Shown: positions 1 through 14,239, counted from the first letter of the stretch. The stretch: 64,000 nucleotides of DNA from Chrysomallon squamiferum (GCA_012295275.1 CM022669.1:4030001-4094000), one strand, 5' to 3'. Translations and numbers: made by a program. The notes: generated by a model not told the origin, from the letters alone.

Positions 1-3000
1 GTTTTATTGGCATGACAGGCATAACAGGGGTCACAGGCCCGGCTGGAGCTGAAGGAATAACTGGAAGGACTGGATCGGGGGGACAGCCTGGTGTGTCTGG
101 AGCTACAGGGTTTGTAGGATTAACTGGCAGGAGTGGTGTAACTGGGTTACCAGGAGCTACTGGTGCCCTTGGTTTCAAAGGTCAAAAAGGAATTGCGGGA
201 TCTCCAGGCTCTACAGGTGTTACAGGCGTTCACGGTTCTAAAGGAGCCGCAGGTGTGTATAATTGAAGAGAGAGAGAATGAGCCTTGATACAGCCACTTA
301 CATTTTAACCAGTTCCATCCGTCTCCAAATGTGCAAAGTACCTACGACTCAATGATTTAGACAACGTTATGTACCTTCATGACCTAGATAAACTTAACTT
401 GCTTCGTTTAGATAAAAGCAATATCTGGGGATGCCTTCAGCACATTCCTTTTCTTTTTCTCTTTTCTTAGAAAATATGCTTGTAACCTATTAAGGACATT
501 CATTCACAGTTCAAATAACGGGCATTCTTAGTAACACAATAGTGACTGTAATCGTTTTTTGTTTTATTACAGGAATCACGGGAATGTCTGGTCTCGGTGG
601 TTTAACAGGAATGTCGGGTGCCACAGGACTAGCTGGTGCTAAAGGAGAGCCCGGTGCTACAGGACTAGCAGGAAGGACTGGTTTACAAGGACTTGGAGGC
701 GTTGCTGGGCTTGCGGGTCACACTGGTATGACAGGACATTCAGGTCACACAGGAATAACTGGAGCAAAGGGATTATCTGGACAAACGGGTGCTACAGGTA
801 TTCAAGGTCCCGCAGGAGTTACTGGCCTTTCTGGATTGCATGGGGATGCTGGTATTACTGGACTGACTGGTCAGGCTGGATTTCCTGGTCTGACTGGTTC
901 TATAGGAGCAAAGGGATCGCCAGGAGCTGCTGGAATTTCAGGCAAAACGGGATTTTCTGGACACACTGGCCATACTGGTGTTACTGGACCCCCAGGACTT
1001 ACGGGACAAAAAGGTATTCTATCTTATGTATGTCTATACATATGTACTATCATTTCTTTTTCAAATCCGTTATTGCTATTCATATTGCTATTATTGTTGT
1101 AAGGAAGGTATTTAAGTTAAATATTATTTGCAGGAGAAGCAGGTGTTACGGGATTTTCGGGAATGACAGGACCTCAAGGTGGTTTTGGTCAAACTGGACT
1201 ACAGGGAGTTTCCGGATTAACTGGTTCTGCAGGCATACCTGGACGAAAGGGATCCGCTGGTGCTACAGGTTTCACAGGAATGACTGGCATACCTGGATCC
1301 ACAGGTATACAGTATATTATCATCTGAATTTTTAAAATATTTATGTACAGTGCTATTTTCCATAGTATAATTATTTCTGATACAGTAGACATTTTTATAA
1401 CTTTCTCACTATGAAGTCTTTAATCATCCAGTAATAATGTACAGATATATTCATACTGTTTTATATATGTCAATTCATCTGATGATTTTTATTAATTACA
1501 AATGTTTTGTAATACTTACATAGGTCCAGCTGGGTTAAGCGGTCTGGATGGTCCAGCAGGGTTAACAGGCACTACAGGACTTCAAGGTGTAGCTGGAAGA
1601 ATAGGCCCACATGGACAAACAGGCGTGTCAGGAACTACTGGAATAACTGGTATTACAGGCGCCAAGGGAGAGAAAGGAAATGTCGGCAGTCCTGGTGTTA
1701 AAGGTTCTGTAGGAGCCGCTGGAATTACTGGCATGACCGGTACAACAGGACAAGCCGGTTCTCTTGGTTTACCAGGGTTGACCGGAATGTCTGGCATGAC
1801 TGGTCCTAGAGGATTTAAAGGAGACAGGGGCTTAAGTGGTCTTTCAGGTTTGGTTGGTTTAACTGGAGCGACTGGAATTCAAGGAAACGATGGTGCGGCT
1901 GGAATAACTGGGTTCACTGGATTTACTGGAGTCGGTTTACATGGAATGACGGGCCTTTCTGGCATTCCTGGTAGACCTGGACACACTGGAATGACGGGCC
2001 CAACCGGACCAGTTGGAAGGATAGGTGCACAAGGAATAGCAGGTTAATTTTCCTGTTTGTTAACTAGGAATCCGAAGAACCGATGATCTGAATCGACAAT
2101 TTAATTCATTAAAGTAAATAAAATGAAATATTTGTATTTTCATGATAAGATAAGGCTTCAATTTAAGACAAATATTACTATTTGATACAAAATGATATTT
2201 GATCATTATTTACAAATTACGACCAGTAATGCATTCCAGTATTATTTTTTTTTATTACAGGTTTAACTGGAGTTAGTGGACTCCCAGGCTTGCCAGGCGT
2301 TACTGGTCCACAAGGCTTTCGCGGTGCCCATGGATTTGCTGGCCTTCCTGGTCTGACTGGACAAACTGGACCCAGAGGGAATCCTGGTTTGGCTGGTCTA
2401 CCTGGTCTTGCTGGTGCCCAAGGCTTAAGTGGAAGAGATGGGGCCAACGGGATGACTGGAATGTCCGGTGTTCCTGGGCCATCAGGTGACTGTAATTAAA
2501 CTCTAAAATAGTTTCTGGAAAATTAAATTAACTTGCTGATAAACTGGATATTCAAAATTTAAAAGACAAATTCCGTTGCATTGATTGAAAGGTATTTAGT
2601 GTTATTAAAATTCCTGGCTATAGGAAAATGCAGTTTGCTGTTAATCTGTTAGAATAATTTTAAAGTATCAGCACCAGCTGTCCTAGTAGTCAATAAACCA
2701 TTAAGAAATTAACACATAACAATGTTAATTTCAAAACGTATTCTATTCATTACAGGCTTACATGGTGCTGAGGGTATAACAGGAGTAAGTGGGGCTACCG
2801 GATCTCCAGGATTAATTGGAATAACTGGAATGACCGGACAGCGCGGTCCAGCTGGTCAGAAAGGTGGACAAGGTGTCACTGGAATCGCTGGTCAGCTAGG
2901 TCCACAAGGTTTCCAAGGTATCACTGGACACACGGGTGCTGCTGGTCCTCGAGGACTGCAAGGTCTAGCAGGTAAACATTATATGAAAATGAATATAATT

Positions 3001-3708
3001 ATAGACTTTATATCGATCTGTACAATAACTGAAAAGGAACTATAAATTCCCATCTATATATATATCTGTGAAGCTGAATTTAATTTTCTATTTCTTTAAA
3101 GCAGCTTTCAGCTATACAGTGACATACAAGATAGATAAGAAACCGAAGTTGTCACATTTCCTGCCTCTGTAATGACTGAATCCACCAGTGTATACAACAT
3201 GCATACATGTTCTCTTGATGTCTATCTAGGAGAATAGGTCAACAGCAATAATATTTTTAAATGAACTTTTCAGGTCCAGAAGGCCATACTGGTCTGCCTG
3301 GCCCGGCTGGCCCAAAAGGAGAACGTTCTGGTAAGTACTGTCATGCAGAGAAGTTGTAACTGTAATGATTTGATGATTTTTCTTCTAATTTGGAAACAAA
3401 AGATAATGATAAAATACTGGCCAACATTACTTGTTTTGGTCATCTGACTTGCTACCATTTTTATGATTGATTTATAAAAAAAAATTTCAAAGATTTTACT
3501 TCGTAAGTTTTGTTTTAGTCCAGTTTACAAAATAGTTTAAGGAAACACAAGTTTGTAACCAGAACTCATTCTTAATTAACAGATCTCGTGTTCTGCAATG
3601 CCAGCAATGCCACACCTTGCGATCACTACTGTGTTGATATCTGGACTGGACATGAATGTAGATGTTACGAAGGTTATCGACTAGCAAACGACTCTAAAAC
3701 GTGCATAG
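1..3708 (+). CDS. Partial second copy of the Thr-rich collagen/EGF gene (7 collagen exons + first EGF exon; runs off the 5' edge, truncated at the 3' end by a rearrangement or misjoin)
   Basis: GT-AG exons <1-252, 573-1013, 1134-1304, 1524-2042, 2261-2485, 2756-2971, 3274-3330, 3583-3708, all phase 1. They read Gly-X-Y and then EGF ([37 protein letters not shown]). The downstream cbEGF and TM exons are absent here. Confidence 0.85.
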
Positions 3709-3976
3709 GTTGGTACACGTCTTTAATAAGGATTAAACATTACGCAAAACATGTTATTTTGGCACCAAGCAAAGTTTCTTCCCTTGATTACTGTGAACTT
3801 AATTCAGTCACTGATACTCGATTTTGTTTTGTCGATTATTTCATAACCTTAACTTTGAGAGTGATTATTTTCTGAATATCATATCTCAAATGAGGAGACC
3901 AAGGAGGCATCCATATTGGGCTGCGCTTATGGCATCATTTGACCTTCATCCAGACTCGATTCTGTTCATTATACGA
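1..3976 (+). repeat. Near-identical direct duplicate of 32295-36253 (exons and introns)
   Basis: By-eye alignment is colinear with scattered SNPs, a ~24-nt indel in the first intron and small homopolymer/microsatellite indels. Identity stops after ...ttcattatacga (3976 vs 36253). Confidence 0.95.
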
Positions 3977-5385
3977 CAGTGCCGAGAAAATCACATTGTG
4001 TATTTCTATTCTCCTCGCTTTGACTATGTTTTTCTTGTTACTTTCTGACATAACTCCGCCCACATCACTCGTCATACCCTTGATTGGCAAATATTTACTC
4101 TTCGTCCTAATTGTCGTGTCGATGTCCATCTTCTTGACAGTCTACACTCTACATATAAACTATAATGCTCCCACTACTCACAAAATGTCGCCATGGGTCC
4201 GGAAAGTATTTACAGAAATACTGCCTAGAATTCTTTTAATGAAACGTCCCGTTTTCAGGAAATATCCCACTATTACTGTTAGAACTTGTAATGGAACTGA
4301 AATAAAAGAACAGCGCGCCACGTCAGCATCACGTGACTGGCATACATATGAAAATGTCAGACGACAGCCGTCGGAGGAACCCGAGGAAACCCGAGTCAGG
4401 TACTCGCCAAGAGTGAGAGAGGCCTTATATGGAGTCAAATTTATTGCTGATCACTTGAAGAGAGAAGATGAAGATATGAGGGTTTGTAGACAGTTTCAAA
4501 AGTTCATAATTATATACAGGCTCACACTGTATATATATTTAAAATAAATAAATAAATAACAACTAATAATAACAATAATGTAATAAAAAAAAATATATAT
4601 ATATATATTATTTTGCTATGTGGGCCACCGTAAGGTGCCGCAATGTCTACAGATAAATGTCAGATGTTTTTTTTTCTTGTTTTTCTTTCTGTTATCGCTT
4701 AAGTCGAAATTATTTAAATTTTATTATTTATTTGTCATAATTACATTTTTACTTGTAATTAAATATATTTTAATACCTGCCGTCTAAATATAACTCTTCA
4801 GTTTATAAGGCTTCTTAATCATAATTATTATCTATTATTTTAGAATGTATATGCCTGAATGCATATGTGCCATATGGAGAGAGAAATAGATAGAAACACA
4901 GCTAGATAGAAAAGACAGAGAGACCGATTTTCAAACTGACACATTGAAATAGAGCTATAGATAGACAGACAAACAGACAGACAGACCGACAGATAGACAG
5001 ATAAATAGATAGATAGCTAAGCAGATAGGTAGACAAGTAATTGGGAGAATTGATTAGTGATAGACTTACAGAAGAAGGAGACACAGACAAATGTTTTTGA
5101 AAATATGAACATACCTGGTTCTATTTTTAACAGTTTTCAATTTTCATGAAACAACGCACACCTATTTAAAATAAACAAATAACGAACTAATTATAGATTT
5201 ATTTTCTTTTATAGGAAGTGCGGGACTGGAAGTACATTGCTATGGTGATGGACAGATTTTTTCTGGTGATATTTACAACAGCTTGTTTCTGCGGAACTGT
5301 CAGTATTTTCTTATTCGCGCCGTCTTTGTACGATCCTCGCTTACCGCTGGCCAATGAAGATCCAAATAACACATGTGTTTTCTGA
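3975..5385 (+). CDS. 3' fragment of a nicotinic acetylcholine receptor (Cys-loop channel) subunit: M2-M3-cytoplasmic loop-MA-M4; no ligand-binding domain or M1 in the window
   Basis: 3975-4481 reads [43 protein letters not shown]...[14 protein letters not shown]...[17 protein letters not shown] intron 4482-5214. Exon 5215-5385 reads [20 protein letters not shown]...APSLYD...VF*. These are hallmark nAChR motifs. Confidence 0.93.
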
Positions 5386-6344
5386 CGTTTTGTCTCTGCT
5401 TCACTTATCACTTGTTTTGAGTGGAACTAACAACGTGGCATCTTCAATGCCTTTAAACTATACGCAAGAAAAAAGAACGTAAAAGAATGGTTAGTCATTT
5501 GTATAAATATTAAATTAGTTACTAACATGCTGGCATATATATGTATGTATCCGATCCACGAACTTGTAGACACACACACACACACACACACAGATATAAT
5601 ATTATATGCACACTGACATTTACACACATATGTACTACATTGATAAAAATACGTACAAAAAATATGTAGAAACACAGTTTGTGTCTTAATCTGACAAAGA
5701 AATGTATTTTTTCAAACGTTTATGCTTTTTCGCTTCAAACTAAAAGGACTAATTATTTGTTTTATTCGTTAAACGGGAATTGTGGAATAAAATTAATTTC
5801 AAGTCGCAGTTTTGAAGTGTATATATTTTTTTTCAGTTTCTCTGTCTAAGAAACTACAAACAACTTGCACTAATACTTTTTAACATGACCAATATCTTTG
5901 GAAATTAATTCACAGCGCGTTCAATTTGCCAACTGTGAAGCCATTAAATCGTGTATGTTCATTTAAGTGAACTTGGCTGATGCAGCTGGCGTTATAAAAC
6001 TAATTCAACCAGGTGCGGGGCTTGTAAAATTAAAACCACATGCGGAATGTACAGTCTCTCTGATTGTTAGCATAACACTCCCGGCCTAAGATGTTCTCTG
6101 CGCTGCTTTATCGCATTGTAGATACACACAGCAAAGTCATTACAGACTGCATCTCTCTTGCCAAAATTTTCCCTTAGCCTTTCCTTTTTCTTTCGAATAT
6201 TGCTCCGGAGTATATAACTTGATGTCATCCGTGTCCTGGGCCTTATTAACCCTAAGGTTTCATGGATTTCGTGTCTCACTTCGGTTAAAACACCTTTAAC
6301 CATGAAAAACATACGGCACAGATAACACTGCCGCAGAAAAAAAA

Positions 6345-6577
6345 AAAAAAAAAATAAATAAATAAATAAAATAAAATAAAATAAAATAAATAAAAATAAA
6401 ATAAAATAAAATAAAATAACATAACATAACATAACATAACATAACATAACATAACATAACATAACATAACATAACATAACATAACATAACATAAAATAAA
6501 ATAAAATAAAATAAAATAAAATAAAATAAAATAAAATAAAATAATTAATAAATAAATAAATGAAATAAATAAATAAT
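6345..6577. repeat. Compound (AAAAT)n/(ATAAC)n pentanucleotide microsatellite
   Basis: Directly visible tandem units. Confidence 0.9.
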
Positions 6578-6764
6578 ATTTATGGGCCACTTGGTTTCAG
6601 CGTATTGAGCCTTATTAATAATATGGCCCTTATAGGTGCCTGTGCCTTTCACACAGATGAAGTTTCTTTTTTTTTTTTTTTTTTTTTTAATCTCTTTATG
6701 TTTGCGTTAATTATATCATTAAAATATACCATTAATATAAAAAGTATGAAATGTCAAATGACGA

Positions 6765-6802
<38 letters not shown>

Positions 6803-7375
6803 GTGATAGTAGTAGTAGTAGTAGTGGTAGTAGTAGTAAAGGTAGTAATAGTAGTAGTAGTTCTAATTAATTGTCTTAAATTATTCTAATAAAAGCTGAT
6901 TTTATCATTAATATTCCATCCCCTGCTACAAACCGAATTATTGTCCATGTGATAGACGAACGTCAACATCAGAGCTGTGATAGAAAGTAGTATCAAATAC
7001 GTTTAGTGCGTTCTTTGACATATTTCACGTTCCAACCAGCTCCTTATGGCCGTTTTGTCAACAGTGATGCTCTGTATCGAAATGGAAATTGGGAAGGTAT
7101 ATATAAAATATTCCTTCTTGCTAATTTTTAAGAAAAGTCCTTGATAAGTTGGTATTGAAATCTCTCGTTCATATTATGTTGCAAAGAAAACACTAACTTG
7201 GCAACGATTAAACGTGTTCTTATTTATGTTCACAGTCATTCGGTAGGTAACGTTTTGTATATTTTTTGTCACTGGACTGCTTTGTAAAAGATTAAGGTTT
7301 TCAGTATGTTTTTTCTGAAAAGATGTTAATCGATCGTTAACAGGTATTGTTACTATCATTATCGCTTTAACAGCC

Positions 7376-7413
<38 letters not shown>

Positions 7414-7874
7414 CAATATTATTAACATATAAGCAGATTGCTAAAACATCCAGAAATTTGTCTTTTTCGTTATATATCTTTTACTCTTTTTTTGTTTGTT
7501 CTATAAGATAAAAGATAATAAAATATTTGTGTGCTACTCTAAAGCCAACACTATTCCTACTGCTCTGCAGCTAAAAGTACTACTACTACTACAATTACTG
7601 AAAACATTACGATAATCGTATACAAGGACCGGAAATATTAAGCGATGATAATTAGAACTAATAAGCATATTAATTACAACTGAAAAACAAAAAAAAAAGG
7701 TAAATAAAATCCAAGTTTGTACATAAGCAGAATAGTTAATTATTTTATTTTATTTTTATTAATTAATAATGTTCTCCTTTAACTGTAGAACGGAGAATCC
7801 CTCTTCGCACTGTAGTTTCTGATTAAGTGTTAAGTTTTGCGAATATCAAAAAAATAAATAAATAAATAAAATAA

Positions 7875-7919
<45 letters not shown>

Positions 7920-9097
7920 AATAAATAAATAAATAAAAAAAAAATAATAAAAAGTTAATGGAGCAGATATCTGTGTCTGTGTTTGTAGAAATCAAAAACA
8001 CAGGAAGGTAGAATGATGTGAACAAGAGGTCAAATATACACATTTGTAGTGTTCATTACTGATTCAGATTAATAATATTATTCAGTTTAAATGGTTATTC
8101 ATTTATGTTTTATTTGTGTTTCTTTTTACTGGATAATGGCTCGTTTACCCAGAATTAGGACGGGTTTTAAAAATATATCAAATTATGTTTACGTTCCAAT
8201 GAACTAGTGATAAAAAATATTTCGAAATTATGTTTTGTAAAACGTCCTCAAGTATGTCTTTCGTTCGGAATACGTCGGCCAGTTACGATTCTTCAATTGG
8301 CTGGTTGCATCGGCCGAGGAGTTCCGAAAATGGAAAACACATAATTTATGGAGGTTACCTTATAAAATGTTCTACCAGAAGATTTCTGATAAAGATACAA
8401 ATTAAAAGTGAATCCTTCAATACGGTAGTTCACTTCAGTACATGTTATAGTTACATTTTATTTATTTTTTAGAATTATTATTATTATTACATCATTTTAT
8501 TGCAGTTTATTTAATTGGCCAATGAGCAATTCACCTAGACGAATTCAGTTGTTGAAATGTAAAACGTAATTATTATTATCGTAATGGCGTCCGAACGATT
8601 GAAAAGATTGAACTTGGAAGTAAATTATATGTCAAGGCCTATGGTATTCAGGTTAACCACAAACAGAGAAGGCAGGTCTATTAAATTAAACCTTAATCAT
8701 TGTTATGTAGTCGGAGTTGTGGACAAAATAAAGATTAGATACTGCCACTTGCTATTGTTGATCAAGAAACATGGAGTGCAGTTTGTTGCATTATCACAGT
8801 ACGGCAGTGACAGAAAACAATCAACGGTTTGTCATTTGGAAACAAAGTTGATCAAATGTCTGATGAAATCACGTAATTATTCTGTCAGCCTCTCAGTCTG
8901 TTGTAAATTGAATGTCTAACATTCAATTTTTGTCTTATCAGAAATTTGGATGTTAGTTTTAGTTAATCATAATGATAATGCCTCGAATATAAATGATACT
9001 ACATGTAACAATCAATTTTCTAGTACTGTCATTTATTAATTTAAATAACATTTATGGCTGTGAAGGAAAACTCAGTTATTTTAAAATTTATAAATTG

Positions 9098-9135
<38 letters not shown>

Positions 9136-9770
9136 ATTATTTATTTTATTTTATAAATTTTTTAATAATATATGCATTATTTTATACTGAAATGCTGCTT
9201 TCCAATAACTGTCATAATACAAGTTTACCAAAAATATCAAAAAAACAACCCAACTCCATCTACAGTAATCAACAATAATATATATTTATTTCTGTATATA
9301 TACATCTTTCTACTAATGTTAAAAAAAAAGTACAGATACATATTTAAATAAAACAAGTTTAATTTTTAAGGTATTTCATTTTAATTAAACCAACTAAAAA
9401 GAGAAAAAAGAAGTAAAAATACCTGTATAAATAATAACAGTCAGGTTTAATGTATTAAGTTTTAGTCAGATTACACTTATTATGACAAAATATGTGATTC
9501 ACTTATTTAAGAAATGTAATAAATCATACAGTAACTGAAATAAGAAAATTGCTCTTCCCATATTAGTTCATTTTACCTTGGTTAAATTTGATAAAATGTA
9601 TATAAATAAGTCGTTTGATTATTTGTAACTCTTAAACCAAACCTTTAATATGGAAAAACGTCTAAATATATCCTGCATTTCTTCTGACTTACATTTATTT
9701 GTTATTTTCTTTTGCTGTTTTTTTTTTTTTTTTTTTGTCTTAATTATTAATGAAGTAAAACAAACAAACA

Positions 9771-9839
<69 letters not shown>

Positions 9840-10129
9840 AATAAAAAAATAAAAAAATGTAGTTTTAAAATATTTTCACACTGCCATTTTTTTTTGTAAT
9901 CATATTTGAGGTTTTTCATTCTAGGCAGACCAATATAGTCCAATTCTTTATTTTCTGTTTTAGTAAAAAATATTATTTTTAAAAGTGGCATTTAAATGTT
10001 TTATATGAATGTTATTTAATTATTACTCTTAATTATAATCAATATGTCAGCGAAAACAAAAACATAATAACTTGAAAGTGTGAAAAAGAATTTTCTTAGA
10101 CTGCCAGAGATACAGTCTAAGTCTTGTTT

Positions 10130-10813
10130 TCAGAAAATAATATGATCTAATTTTTCCTCTTCAATATTCAGACACTCAAGTTGAAGGTATGGATGACATC
10201 GTGTTTCAAAAGTTGCTAGTCCTGTAGTGATGGTTTTTAACAAAAATTCTGAAAATAAAACAAATATATAAATTAACATTAAAAAGTTAGTAAAAATAAT
10301 GTAATATTAAACAGAAACAACTGTAAACATAATAAAATGCATCAGATTAAATTATTGTGAAGATTTACTGTTTCATATACTTAGTGAATTGCCTAATTGT
10401 AGTTTGTAATTGGTACAAAAACAAAACAAAAAACATGATATGTGATCCCAAACTTATTCCAAACATCTTGAGGTTAATCAGCTTGTAATTATAAACCAAT
10501 GTTAAATAATTTGTTATCTACATGTCCATAAATATCATTAATTAATTATCAGATCTTAACTTTATCATTATAAAATGAAATGTGACATATGAACTGAATT
10601 ATTAAAAAAAAAACCAAGGGACTTGATATGGCACAACATATGACACAAAATAAAATGTCACGGTTAACACTTAAGAATTATACATGAAGAATATTTAGAG
10701 AATAATTAAAAATGCAGCAACAAAAATTAAGATTTGAGTCCAGAAATCGGCAGTTTTGTATTTTGTTTTAAAAAAAAAATAAAATAAAAATAAAATTAAA
10801 TTAAAAAAAGTAA

Positions 10814-10911
<98 letters not shown>

Positions 10912-13900
10912 CAACAACAACAACAACAACAATAATAAAATATGTTATAAAATTTTTCAAAATAATTAAAAAAGAAATAAATATCTTAAAATTAGATAGC
11001 TTAAAATATTAAAACACTGCCCCCACTCAGTCAGAATAATTAATTTTCAATGTATGTAATTAAATACCTTGTAAGGTGCTATAGAATATGTATATAAGAC
11101 TGAAAAAAAGAAAATGTGCATCTTATGGCACTGTAAAATGTTTAAAAATTGAATAAAAGCTTGGTAAGTTATTAAAACAACCATAGGACACATTTTTACT
11201 GAAGTAATATGGCAGAGTGAAAGGTAACGCACCATCTATTGTCAAGTTGTTGATATTCATTGATCCACGCTTAACTCTCATGTAAACACATCTTTTCACT
11301 TGGAAGCTGTCACAAAGCAGCATAAGAAAACTTTTCACAGGTGAATCAACTTGATTATATCCAGAAAACTATAAATAAAGCACCAATATTAGCAATGAGT
11401 GGGTGTGTTTATGCATGTGCATGTGTGTGTATGTCAGTGTGTGCATTTATTTATTTATTTATTTATTTATCTTTTTATTTTATTATATTTTATTTTATTT
11501 TATTTTATTTGTATTCCATAAAATCCAGTGAATATCGAACACTCTCATTATAGTTAACACATTTTTTCAAAGTAATTTTTAAATTAATACCGGCTTTAAT
11601 AAATTAACGAGATGTTAAAATTACCTGATTAACAAAAACCTCTCCCTGCTGCTGAAGAACTGTCTGAAGATCCTTCCATTCTTCACAAGATAAACACAGA
11701 AGTCTGCGAACAAGATCAGCATTGCGAAATGAAACCACAGCAGAAGCACTTCCATCATCAACCAGAACACTTTACAAGTAAAATAAACCAATAAATAAAT
11801 AAATAAGTAAATAAACAAATAAGTAAACAGAATAATAAATAAAAAATGGCAGACAGGAATAATCTAAAAAGTACTATCTTTATTTTTATAAATGGATATT
11901 TGTACTAAAATGTTTTTAAAAATAATAAGAAATTATTCAGAAACGAAACCTAAATATTTTCAAAACTTAATACAAAAAAATATATATTCAGAATCTTATG
12001 AATAATAACATGCTTTCATTTCAGTAATAAAATAACAACAGTTTAATATGAAACCTGGCTTGTGCGGATACTTCCGATGAACTGATGCTACTGGCACATG
12101 CTTTGAGAGTAGAACTTGAGTTGTAACCTGTAGGTACCATGCGTAAACACAGTTTCATGAATGTGCAGATGTGACAGTTGACTTGAAAATGTCCTGGTGT
12201 AGAGTTATTGTACAAATCTGCTAGAAACAGTGGCTTAGATATTAGAACTTCATCTTTAAATGTGTGCAGTGCTGGCTGTGATAACAAACTAAAAAAAAAA
12301 ACAAAAAAACATTCATCACATAATAAATTTCCTGTTCCAACTTTTAAATTGGCTTCTCATATGTAAATTGCTATTTTTTGGTAAATTCCTATTCCAACTT
12401 GTGGCTCCTTAGTGGCTATGACATGGATTTTGATACTAGCTTGTGCACCAAAACTGGCAAATCATATGCTGTAAAAACTGTTTACTGTTTACAGCAAATT
12501 CCCAATCTAGCCAGCACCATAAGATGTATGCATTATATCTATGGCAAAATGCTTATAAACACTTCCACATTTCTCACTGATAAAAGTAGTCCACATTTCT
12601 CACTGATAAAAGTAGCCCCTGAATGGCAGTTGTGGATAATCACTCTCATGAATGTTATTATATTTAAAAAAAAAAAAATAAAAAAAGTGTTAAACTTGAT
12701 GCAAATAAATATTCCCTGTGATGTTAAATGGTCATCAACAGATTTAAACACAGATTTTTTAAATAAAAAAAATGAAGGTAGGAAATAAATTAACATTTAT
12801 CTATTTAAATTACAATTTAATATCAATTCTTAGCCAAGTTCCTGCTAAAACAAATTAAATGTTTTACTATAAGTGTTTTATCTATCACAGTAACAGGTGC
12901 ACCCCCCCACCCCCCACGCACACAACAGAACTTTGTGTAATCTATTTACCTAGAAGTATCTGAATGGATTTTAAACACAGACACAGTGGACACTGGGATG
13001 AACAGACAGTACACAGTACCAGCTGCTGACAGGTGTCTTTCCAGGCGAGTAAACATCACACCCGCACCAGGTACCAGTCCCAGGGGATAGGACAGATTAG
13101 TCAGGTTCATGTAGACACACACAGAACTAGTCTGACTCGCACCAACCTGAACACACAGACTTGTACCATACATCACTGATATACCTGCAATTGTAATCAT
13201 TATGATCTTTTTAAATTACATAAATCTTTACCATCATAACAGATATACCTGCAGTTATATTTATTATAATAATAATTATCATCATCTTAATAGTAATCAC
13301 TATAAGAATCAATATATTTTTTAAAAATTACATGTATATAAGTTTTCATTCATCACAAATTGTTTTGCAATTATAATCATCATTGCTTTTATAATAATTA
13401 TTTTTATGACAAACATTTCAGTTGTTAATATTTTTAAAAAGTAATATCAAAATTTGTTTATTTATATATTTTATTTTAATCTATTCTATTCTGGTTTTTT
13501 ATTTTAACTATATTAAAAATGTATATAAAAAAAAAAAAATAGTTTAAAATGTAACTAAACTGATATCTGTAACTTAGTGGCATTTCTTATGATGTTGCTA
13601 AATTAACAAAATGTTTAATTTGCCAAAACATCTTTTTGATATTTACTGATGGAATACTACTTTTACATTACCCTAAATAAAAAGAAATGAATTTAAAAAA
13701 ATACAATACAATAAAAAAAATTAAAAAATAAATAAATGTAAGGGATATAAAATAATATCCTCCTCCATTCAATCACAAGATGTTATTACTGGCATTCAGT
13801 TAAATTAACCTAGAATTATGATTTTAACATCAAATTTAACATCAAACTTAAGATATGATTATTTTCAACAAACCTGATGTTTTATTTCTGTTGTCTTGTT

Positions 13901-14239
13901 CATCACTGCTGCACATTTTAAACACCTTTGTGTCAGGCAAATGTTTCCTGGACAAAATTGTACCCTTAATACTCACTAAAGTACCTGAAAAACTATGAAA
14001 AACAATATTTAAGGATATTATTAATTTATAAAATATTGTTACAAAAGAAAACATTTCATAAATTTTTCTATCTGTTAAAAACCCAAATAAATGTTTTAAT
14101 TTCTTATTTATTTATTTATTTATTTATTTACTGTTTTTGTTGTTACTGAACCTTTTAAATTATAATTTTCTTCATTATTATAATTCTTTCAAATTATCAT
14201 TAGCATCATCCTTATTATTATCATTTTTTCATTTAATTA

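Noticed and set aside
3583-4481. In-frame collagen-EGF-nAChR fusion protein
   Set aside because: The EGF exon donor is phase 1, but the AGs near the junction (3953, 3979, 3986) enter the nAChR frame in phase 0 or 2. I found no compatible acceptor.
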